NCBI GenBank assembly: GCA_038046765.1
Contig: JBBSVN010000007.1
Span: 1 to 64,000 of the forward strand
From: Candidatus Micrarchaeota archaeon
GTDB lineage: Archaea > Micrarchaeota > Micrarchaeia > Anstonellales > Bilamarchaeaceae
Direction of reading: 5' to 3'
Length of the DNA: 64,000 bases
The position numbers and the translations under genes are program-made. This document shows, piece by piece, positions 56,385 through 64,000 of this stretch (position 1 is the stretch's first letter; each line of letters opens with the position of its first letter). Under the pieces are notes generated by a model, which saw nothing but the letters and a program-made list of their open reading frames with translations, was not told the origin of the DNA and did no database searches.

Positions 56385-57698
56385 ATTTAAACCATTTAAC
56401 TTTACCTTAGCCATTTTCACGTCAACTAGAAAAGCGCTAGCTGCAACTAAAATAATTAATGGTTCAACAGGAATCCTAAATCTGTAATTAGCAACAGGCC
56501 CTACTGCTACTATATTATATAAAATAAGCGTAATTACAAGGAAAATCAACGCATAATTTTTCATCTGATAAAGTTTTTTTAAGCCAGAGATAAATAATGC
56601 GTAAAGTCCTAGTGTATAAATTACTGATAGAGTCAAAATAACTGCATAGAAACTATTTTTGCTTAGGTAGTCTAGTAAAAATCCAATGTCAAATCCTTTC
56701 TTTAGGTAAATATAAGTTAAGCTCACTGCTTCTTGCTCGCGGCCCACGGTTTTTAATAGATTATTTGGTGTTGTCGGAACAAAAAATGTTATTGCACCTT
56801 TCACATACTGTTTAGCATAAAGCAATGGGTTAGCTAGTACAAATGTATTTATTTTGGGTGTGAGTGCTTCTAGCTCTTCAAGTGGCCTGCGCTGACACTC
56901 TTCAAAACTGGATAATTTATTTTCTTTTATAAAATCCTTCCACTCGGGGTTATCTAAGCCAACATCATTAGCTAAATAAACGCCATTCCAGCAAACATAG
57001 TTTACTGTGGAAATCGCACTATATGTTATTTTATCAAGTACAATAAAATTACGGACTAGCCAAATCGAGGATATTGCAAGTGCAATCATGGCAATCTCAA
57101 TACTTTGTCTTCTGTTTTTGGTTTTTAAGTAATTGTAAATTGCAAAAACAATTGGATAAAATATCGCAACTGGTTTGATTAAAATTAATATTCCCAGTAG
57201 TATGCTAGATGTGTTCTTTTTATCATTTACAAAATAATAAATTGCTAATAAGAATACTGTAGTAAACAAGCTTTCAGTTAAAATCTTGAAAAAGAAGGAA
57301 ACAAATAATGGGCTAATTGCGTAAAGTGCCGCGGCAACGTATGCAATCTTTTCGCTCTCTTTCCTACCTTCAAAATATTTTTTTGTTATTAAATAAATCA
57401 GGTAAATATTTGCAAAATCTAGTAAAAGTTGCACTCCTGCAATTGCTAAATCATTTAATCCGATTGAATAAAAAATTCCTAAAAATGCTGGATAACCGGC
57501 TACTCTGAATAAAGAGGCCTGTTTAGCTTCTGGGCTCTGTAAAAGAAAATCTCCTTTAGATAGTGCCTTGCCCATTACGGTGTATCCATCTGAATCAGGA
57601 TCATAAATCGCGTTTTGGTTGCCAAGTGCAATACTGGAAAATATTAAAGCACGAAGTAAAAATGCGATTATTAAAATCGTTAATAGTTTTTTATCCAT
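56361..57698 (-). CDS. GT-C fold (ArnT/PMT-like) membrane glycosyltransferase
   Basis: DPDSDGY, RVAGYPAFL, LTESLF, LIKP, YRFRIPVEP; many TM segments. Confidence 0.85.
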   Translation of the reverse strand: MDKKLLTILIIAFLLRALIFSSIALGNQNAIYDPDSDGYTVMGKALSKGDFLLQSPEAKQASLFRVAGYPAFLGIFYSIGLNDLAIAGVQLLLDFANIYLIYLITKKYFEGRKESEKIAYVAAALYAISPLFVSFFFKILTESLFTTVFLLAIYYFVNDKKNTSSILLGILILIKPVAIFYPIVFAIYNYLKTKNRRQSIEIAMIALAISSIWLVRNFIVLDKITYSAISTVNYVCWNGVYLANDVGLDNPEWKDFIKENKLSSFEECQRRPLEELEALTPKINTFVLANPLLYAKQYVKGAITFFVPTTPNNLLKTVGREQEAVSLTYIYLKKGFDIGFLLDYLSKNSFYAVILTLSVIYTLGLYALFISGLKKLYQMKNYALIFLVITLILYNIVAVGPVANYRFRIPVEPLIILVAASAFLVDVKMAKVKLNGLNLSGLFHQ

Positions 57699-57718
57699 AG
57701 TTTCACATTCGTCTTCTG

Positions 57719-57753
57719 GCTCACTGCTCATGGCGCATTGCTCACTGCTACTA
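57719..57753. repeat. Heptamer tandem repeat
   Basis: GCTCACT GCTCATG GCGCATT GCTCACT GCTACTA. Confidence 0.75.
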
Positions 57754-57804
57754 TTAATAGTATCCTTTTAAATATTTTAAACTATTCTTATTTTTGGGTT
57801 ATTT

Positions 57805-58527
57805 ATGAAAGAAATATCTATTCAAAGAACACCATCTGGAATTCCTGGACTTGACACTGTAACAAATGGCGGATTCATAAAAAATAGTGTAATCCTTGTT
57901 CGGGGCGGGACAGGTACTTGTAAAACTACGATGGCAACACAGTTTCTTGTAAACGGATCAAAAGAAGTAGACGAGAATAGCGCGTTTATCAGTTTTTCCG
58001 AAACAAAAGAATCAGTATATGCTACAGCAAAGGGTTTTGGCTGGGATTTAGATAAACTTGAAAAACAAGGCAAATTTGCTTTTATAAAATACTCTCCTTA
58101 CGAAGTTGAAAAAGTTGTTGCTGAAGGCGGGGGTACAATAAGAGATACCATCGAGGAGATTGGTGCCAAGCGGCTTGTTATTGACTCCTTAACTGCATAT
58201 TCATTGCTATTTCAGAATGAATACCGTGCGACAGAATCAATTTTGCAGTTATTTGATACTTTAAAATCTTGGGATTGTACTGTACTTGTTACTGACGAAA
58301 TTGAAGTTCGTCCCCAATCAGTAAGCGCAGGCAGGCTAGGATTTCTTACAGATGGAATTATGAATACATATTACCTTCGAAGCGGAAACGGGAGGGTCAG
58401 GGCTCTTGAAGTTCTAAAAATGCGGTACAGTACGCATTCTGATAAAATCGTACCATTTGAAATAAATAGTAAAGGTATCAGTGTTTATCCAAACAAAAAA
58501 ATAACGCTCCCGCTTATAACAAGGTAG
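57805..58527 (+). CDS. KaiC/RAD55-family single-domain ATPase
   Basis: SGIPGLD..GG, GGTGTCKT, RLVIDSL, LEVLKMR. Confidence 0.9.
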   Translation: MKEISIQRTPSGIPGLDTVTNGGFIKNSVILVRGGTGTCKTTMATQFLVNGSKEVDENSAFISFSETKESVYATAKGFGWDLDKLEKQGKFAFIKYSPYEVEKVVAEGGGTIRDTIEEIGAKRLVIDSLTAYSLLFQNEYRATESILQLFDTLKSWDCTVLVTDEIEVRPQSVSAGRLGFLTDGIMNTYYLRSGNGRVRALEVLKMRYSTHSDKIVPFEINSKGISVYPNKKITLPLITR

Positions 58528-58531
58528 AAAA

Positions 58532-60517
58532 ATGGGAAAAGGTCAGGCATCTACGGAGTTTTTAGTTATTCTTGCGGTTGCACTTGTAATTTTTCTTGCA
58601 ATCGTAACTATTTCGCAAGATCAACTTACAAAAATAAATATTATAAAATCGCAAAAAACAGCACAAGCTACGGTCGATACGATTGCGGCAGCTGCCGATG
58701 ATGTTTATTCGCAAGGTGTTGGCGCAAGAAAACGCGTTTTTGTCGAGTTTCCAGTCGGATATTCCTCAACAAATTCTTTTGTAAAAAACCGGACCATTAA
58801 TTTAAATTTTTTAGGCAGCGATGTTGCAGTTTCAACTAACTTTGATGTTTATGGTTCTTTACCTGCTTCTAGCGGTTCAACATGGGTTTGGGTAATTTCA
58901 GAGGGAAACATCGTAAGAATAGGGAATGTTAGTCTTCTTTTAAGCAGGAGTTCGATAAGTACTACTCTTTCAAGAAACACAACTAAAAATGAAACTTTTT
59001 ATGTTCAAAATGGCGGAAACGGGTCAATGACTGTTACGATAAGTCAAAACTGGCTTTCTACAAATGTAATCTTAGTAACAACTCCGTTTTCCTTTACACT
59101 GGATTCCGGTCAAAGTCAGCTTGTCACATTAACCTTTACCGCGGATAACGATGCGGTTGGAGTATACACTGGAAGTTTAGATGTTGTTGGTAGTTCAGGC
59201 GGGACAAATGAAACAGTAAACCTTCCAGTTGCTGCGAACGTAGTTATTGGAGGAACACAAGTTCCAAAGCTTACGATAACACCAAGTACATGGAATGATA
59301 GTTTGTTACAAAATCAGTCGGTTCTAAAAGCATTTAATCTTTGTACTAATTCACAAACGAGTTTATCATATGTTAATTTTACTGCCACTGGTTCAACTTC
59401 AGCTTGGTTAAGTAATCTTAATGCTTTAGGTGCGCTTGCAGCTAATACCTGTCAGATAGCAGTTTTCAATTTAACAATCCCTTCAAATACATTTTCTGGA
59501 AATTATAGCGGGACAATCACCGCGACTGGTTCAGACACCTCTGCAACAGATAATGTTGTTATGCAGATAAATGTTGGTGGAAATTTAACTGATATACTTG
59601 GCCCTCTTGTAACAAATATTACAATTACGCCAACTAAACCATTTTACCAGGAACCACTTACCTTTAGGATAACGGGCGATGACTCGCAACGAGGAAATAA
59701 TACTATTGTCAGCTGCGAAACAAACCTGGATAACGGAACATGGTTTATTATGAATCCGGTTGATGGGGCCTACAGTTCGTCAGTTGAAAACGCATCTTAT
59801 ACTTATGCTTCACCATCTTTTGGCAGGCACACTGCTTATTTTAGGTGTACTGACTTTAGAAGTAATGTCGGGCCAACAGCGAGCTATGGATTTAAAATTA
59901 TGAAAGAAATCCTGATGGTTACTAAAGATAATGGACTCGGCGGCGGTGAGCAGGATTGGAGGGATTGGATTACAAGCCATACTTCCGGTTTAGGATATAT
60001 ATGGAATTTTGATGCTATTGATCGAAACACTGTAAATGGGGGAGGTACCGATACGTCTCTATATAGTACTATTCTTATTGCTGATGATGTAACTACTGGT
60101 GGTGCTGGCGCAAGTCTTGTTCCGATACTTATAAATTATGCGAGTAGTGGCGGGTACGTTGTAATTGTCGATAAGGGTGCTGAAAAATCACCACACAATC
60201 TAGGATTAGCAACACAGGATGCAGATGATGAAGATGAGACCACGATTTATGTAGTTTCCAATGCTCACTATATTACAAGTGGTTATACCGTTAATTCTGA
60301 TTTGCAAATTTATACTGTTTCATCAAACAGATATTTGCAGCGAGGTTTTTCTGGATTTAAATTAGCAAACGACCAAAGCGGGAATACAGATAATGCTTTG
60401 GGTTATTCTGGAAATTATGTTATCTGGGGGGCTACAAAACCATACCGGTTTGTTACTGATGGAAATACTATCTCTACAAGAGTTTTTGACTACGCAATAA
60501 ACGGGTCGACAAAATGA
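58532..60517 (+). CDS. Large pilin-like protein/adhesin with class III signal peptide and beta-rich (Ig-like) domains
   Basis: MGKG|QASTEFLVILA; S/T/N/G-rich body. Confidence 0.8.
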   Translation: MGKGQASTEFLVILAVALVIFLAIVTISQDQLTKINIIKSQKTAQATVDTIAAAADDVYSQGVGARKRVFVEFPVGYSSTNSFVKNRTINLNFLGSDVAVSTNFDVYGSLPASSGSTWVWVISEGNIVRIGNVSLLLSRSSISTTLSRNTTKNETFYVQNGGNGSMTVTISQNWLSTNVILVTTPFSFTLDSGQSQLVTLTFTADNDAVGVYTGSLDVVGSSGGTNETVNLPVAANVVIGGTQVPKLTITPSTWNDSLLQNQSVLKAFNLCTNSQTSLSYVNFTATGSTSAWLSNLNALGALAANTCQIAVFNLTIPSNTFSGNYSGTITATGSDTSATDNVVMQINVGGNLTDILGPLVTNITITPTKPFYQEPLTFRITGDDSQRGNNTIVSCETNLDNGTWFIMNPVDGAYSSSVENASYTYASPSFGRHTAYFRCTDFRSNVGPTASYGFKIMKEILMVTKDNGLGGGEQDWRDWITSHTSGLGYIWNFDAIDRNTVNGGGTDTSLYSTILIADDVTTGGAGASLVPILINYASSGGYVVIVDKGAEKSPHNLGLATQDADDEDETTIYVVSNAHYITSGYTVNSDLQIYTVSSNRYLQRGFSGFKLANDQSGNTDNALGYSGNYVIWGATKPYRFVTDGNTISTRVFDYAINGSTK

Positions 60518-60918
60518 AAATGCCGGTTAAAATGTTTACAAAACGAGCTCAGGTTTCAGCAGAATTTTCAATCGTTCTTATCTACGTTTTAATGGTATTT
60601 TTCATAATTCTTTTCATATCTGTTTCACAAGAAAACGTTCTAAAGAGTATTAAAGATGATTACGAAGCAAGTGCAGTTGCAACAAAGCTTTCAAGTGTAA
60701 TAAATAATATCTACCTAGCTGGTGATGGAGCACATGTAAATGTTTCAATTGCCTTAACTAGTGACTACAATATAACTGTACAAGATCGTTATCTGTCAGT
60801 ACAAAAAGCATCTGCTATTATTGGAAAGACACTTTTAACAAATCGGACAAACTTTACTTCAATTAATACGAATTCATTTATAATAAAAAATATTCATGGT
60901 GTAATTAATGTCGGGTAA
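60514..60918 (+). CDS. Minor pilin (class III signal peptide)
   Basis: KRA|QVSAEF followed by a hydrophobic helix. Confidence 0.8.
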   Translation: MKMPVKMFTKRAQVSAEFSIVLIYVLMVFFIILFISVSQENVLKSIKDDYEASAVATKLSSVINNIYLAGDGAHVNVSIALTSDYNITVQDRYLSVQKASAIIGKTLLTNRTNFTSINTNSFIIKNIHGVINVG

Positions 60919-61402
60919 CTGTAAAAAAGGTCAAATCTGGTCGTTTGATTTGCTTTTTTCTTCTGTGACATTCATACTTATTATTGCCTTATTTATACTT
61001 ACGTGGTCGGTATTTTCTGATAAGGCAAATGAGGAAAAAGAATATATCGAAATCTATCAGGCAGCCTATTTCGCTTCTGATTCTCTTTTATCTACAAGCT
61101 CTGATCCTCCTGGTTTTGAATATGGAAATGCAACTCCAAGTTCATTTAGCTTAGTAACTGAATCAAACGTTATTGATGATCTAAAATTGGATTACCTAAA
61201 TTTAAGTAATTACAGCCTTGTAAAAAAAACACTTGGGCTTGCAAAATATGAATTTTATATTGACATTAGGGATTCAAGAGATCTAAACAAAAGTCTTTTC
61301 TTATTTGGCAACTTAACAAATACAACGCAAAATATTGTTCTTGATCGCATAGTCATATATAATAAAAGTTTGGCTGTTTTTAAGTTCGGGGTAGTAAAAT
61401 GA
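60908..61402 (+). CDS. Minor pilin (class III signal peptide)
   Basis: KKG|QIWSFD followed by a hydrophobic helix. Confidence 0.8.
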   Translation: MSGNCKKGQIWSFDLLFSSVTFILIIALFILTWSVFSDKANEEKEYIEIYQAAYFASDSLLSTSSDPPGFEYGNATPSSFSLVTESNVIDDLKLDYLNLSNYSLVKKTLGLAKYEFYIDIRDSRDLNKSLFLFGNLTNTTQNIVLDRIVIYNKSLAVFKFGVVK

Positions 61403-61821
61403 GCGGAAAAAAAACTTGCTTCAAGGGATTTGTCCTTACTATCGATGCTATAATGGCTCTACTATTTATGCTGGTGGCAATAGCCATAATTTTTTCCTAC
61501 AACCTCTCAGCCAAACAATTTGGTAAAGACATCTATCTAACCGAAGTTTCTTTTGACACTTTAAGTGTCCTGGAGAAACAGGGCTTATTTGACAAGCTAA
61601 TTACACTAGGAAATGACAGTGCAATTTTGGATGCATTAAGCCTTACTCCTGTATCAGTATGTACTGACTTAAAAATTATTCAATTACAAAATAATTCTGT
61701 CGTTTCAATAACTTCTGAAACTGGTTGTGGTAACTCAACGTCAGTTTATGCAATTTCAAGAAGGTCATTTATATCAAATAGTACTATATATTTAGGAGAA
61801 TTAAGGAGTTGGTACCGATGA
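61399..61821 (+). CDS. Minor pilin (class III signal peptide)
   Basis: KG|FVLTIDA followed by a hydrophobic helix. Confidence 0.78.
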   Translation: MSGKKTCFKGFVLTIDAIMALLFMLVAIAIIFSYNLSAKQFGKDIYLTEVSFDTLSVLEKQGLFDKLITLGNDSAILDALSLTPVSVCTDLKIIQLQNNSVVSITSETGCGNSTSVYAISRRSFISNSTIYLGELRSWYR

Positions 61822-62627
61822 AAGGTTTAATATTAAATATCGCTGCGCTTTCGCTGCTTTTACTTCTGATTTCCCTCTCTACTATACTTTTTTTAAACCT
61901 AAATGAAATTGACAGGGCGCTTCTGACAAACAGGAATGCTTACTATTCAAAATATTATTTTGACGATGTAAGAACAGATATTCTATCGCTAGTTTTTAAT
62001 GCATCAGTCACATATTCGAATACATCTGTAAATGTTACTTTTAGTGAAACAGTACCCAAGCAAAATCTAACTCTTTTACTTACAACTTACAAAAGTTTGC
62101 TTGAGAATAATTATGGAACGCTTGCTAACGCCAATTTTTCCTTAAACATTTCAGAATATACAAAAGGGGATTATACGCTTAAATTTTATGGGTGGCTTTA
62201 CAATGTTTCCTATGCTAACGATCGTATTTCTTTCTTAAGAAATTCTACGAGTGCTAATGATGTCCAAGGGTATGTTGTAAATATAACTAATAGCAAATCA
62301 AGAAAAACTTTTACTAACTTTGTACTTGAACCAACTGGAAGCATGAATCTTACTTTTCGTTACCAGGATCTAAATGGAACAATCGAATTAGTTGGAAATA
62401 TCAATCCTGCAATAAATAATACTGCCAGCATGGTCTATAGCGACAACTCCACCATAACAATAATTATTAATAACGATATCTTCTTACTTTCCTCTGAAAA
62501 TGTAAGTTTTCCCGTTTCTTTTACAAGTTCGATGAAACCAAACCGGAATTTTTCAAAGACATTTACTGTTCCGCTTACTTTTAATTATACTCAATCTACG
62601 TTTAGTAAGTATAGCGAGCTTGACTAG
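61818..62627 (+). CDS. Pilin-like secreted protein
   Basis: MKG|LILNIAAL; many N-x-S/T sequons. Confidence 0.65.
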   Translation: MKGLILNIAALSLLLLLISLSTILFLNLNEIDRALLTNRNAYYSKYYFDDVRTDILSLVFNASVTYSNTSVNVTFSETVPKQNLTLLLTTYKSLLENNYGTLANANFSLNISEYTKGDYTLKFYGWLYNVSYANDRISFLRNSTSANDVQGYVVNITNSKSRKTFTNFVLEPTGSMNLTFRYQDLNGTIELVGNINPAINNTASMVYSDNSTITIIINNDIFLLSSENVSFPVSFTSSMKPNRNFSKTFTVPLTFNYTQSTFSKYSELD

Positions 62628-62690
62628 TTTGACTAGTTTAATTTCGGCAAATCACTAATCTTTATAAAATAAGTATGGAAAGTGAATTAT

Positions 62691-64000
62691 ATGTTCATTG
62701 AAACTAAGATTGACTTGCTGCTAAAAACTTTATTAAAAAACAATTCTCTTGATTTTTTAGAAGCTTCCAAAACATTGTCTTGGGGTTCGGATGGTTTAGA
62801 AAAGTCCGCTCGTATTCTTGAAGATGCTAAAATAGTTGAAATAAAGTATTATCTTAATCCATTCCAGAAGCCTGCGATTTTTTTAAAGTCTAAGGAATTG
62901 GTTTTAAATCCGTCTTCAAGTGAAAATTCACCTAAAGAAAAAGAAAGGTATGATTTAAAACCCGAAGGCAAAACTCTAGCTACTGTATCTATAAATTATT
63001 CTAACTCTGAAAAGCATCTCTTTTATGATATCAATATTGCAACAGTTTCTTATTACACCCAGCTTTATTTTAATGCAATAAAGGACGAACTAGCCAGAAC
63101 TTATCCGATACAACTAGCAGACATGGCACAAAACGATCTGCAGACTACGGTCATGTTAGAAAAAATATCAAAAAAAATTGCAGATGATGGAGTTGCCAAA
63201 TCTGATCAGGATATTGCACTTATTTCTGATGTTTTGATTCACCAGATGTTTGGGCTAGGGGTAATCGATTCACTTATGCAGGATGCATGGCTTGAAGAAG
63301 TTATAATTAACACGGCTAAACTTCCAATTTCAGTTTATCATAGAAAATACGGCTGGCTTAAAACAAATCTTACGATAAAAACTGAAGATGAAATACTTAA
63401 TTATGCAACACAGATTGCACGAAAAGTTGGCAGAGAAGTTACAACATTAAATCCAATTCTTGATGCTCACTTAAAAGGCGGTGACCGTGTTAATGCCACG
63501 ATTAAGCCGATCGCATCCAAGGGCCATAGTATAAATATCCGGATGTTCGCGCGTAATCCATGGACGATTATTTCGCTTATTGATGAATCACAAAAATCAA
63601 TGTCTGTTGAAATGGCTTCGTTGCTTTGGCAGGCAATGCAGTACGAAATGAATATTATGGTTGCGGGGGGCACTGCAAGTGGAAAAACAAGTATGCTAAA
63701 TGCTCTCGTTTCACTAATACAACCTTACCAGCGTGTTGTTACTATTGAAGACTCGCGCGAATTAAATCTCCCAAGTTATCAGTGGAATTGGGTGCCTATG
63801 GTGACAAGAAGACCTAATCCGGAAGGCCTAGGCGAAGTTACTATGCTCGATTTACTTATCAATTCATTAAGAATGCGTCCGGACAGGATTGTTCTAGGTG
63901 AAGTTAGAAAGAAGGAAGAAGCACAGGTTTTATTTGAAGCAATGCACACTGGACATAGTACGTACTCAACAATACATGCTGATACTGGTGAAGAAGTACT
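62691..64000 (+). CDS. Type II/IV secretion (pilus assembly) ATPase, CpaF/FlaI family (partial; absent from ORF track)
   Basis: Frame starting MFIETKID; PILDAHL..GDRVNAT, Walker A GGTASGKT, IEDSREL, LRMRPDRIVLGEVR, AMHTGH. Confidence 0.93.
   Translation, partial: MFIETKIDLLLKTLLKNNSLDFLEASKTLSWGSDGLEKSARILEDAKIVEIKYYLNPFQKPAIFLKSKELVLNPSSSENSPKEKERYDLKPEGKTLATVSINYSNSEKHLFYDINIATVSYYTQLYFNAIKDELARTYPIQLADMAQNDLQTTVMLEKISKKIADDGVAKSDQDIALISDVLIHQMFGLGVIDSLMQDAWLEEVIINTAKLPISVYHRKYGWLKTNLTIKTEDEILNYATQIARKVGREVTTLNPILDAHLKGGDRVNATIKPIASKGHSINIRMFARNPWTIISLIDESQKSMSVEMASLLWQAMQYEMNIMVAGGTASGKTSMLNALVSLIQPYQRVVTIEDSRELNLPSYQWNWVPMVTRRPNPEGLGEVTMLDLLINSLRMRPDRIVLGEVRKKEEAQVLFEAMHTGHSTYSTIHADTGEEV

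Overview
AT-rich window from a small-celled archaeon. A DPANN lineage, probably Micrarchaeota-like, is inferred from the archaeal ribosomal and translation genes, GGTGA-type ribosome-binding sites, and tRNA introns at non-canonical positions. The conserved backbone is tmk, pyrB-pyrI-prs, the mevalonate entry triad (thiolase, DUF35, HMG-CoA synthase, here spread over about 13 kb), pyrG, rps19e-PDCD5-rpl39e-rpl31e-eIF6-rplX-pfdA-ftsY, and fibrillarin. It also has a surface-glycan cluster whose UDP-glucose dehydrogenase carries a LAGLIDADG intein, and a KaiC-like ATPase plus type IV pilus locus running off the right end. Two tRNA genes carry BHB introns: tRNA-Glu(UUC) has one D-loop intron, and tRNA-Arg(UCU) has a D-loop and a T-loop intron. 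The most unusual features are: (1) a tandem array of small genes between thiolase and DUF35, four of which share a ~44-aa N-terminal 'QKLKL..GKVT' module fused to different C-termini; (2) a ~210-bp non-coding element upstream of HMG-CoA synthase, with a 50%-GC core, four perfect hairpins, competing long-range pairings and nine TCNNGA sites; (3) dispersed 7-nt-period repeats, two of four loci lying at points where conserved operons are interrupted; (4) an AlbA/Schlafen-type gene bracketed by 47-bp direct repeats; and (5) scattered orphan genes with effector-like domains (NTAN1/CheD-like deamidase, transglutaminase-like, Ser/Thr kinase plus PP2C, ankyrin, sigma70 region-4 HTH, PPDK-like). All assignments come from reading motifs by eye. 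No database searches were run.
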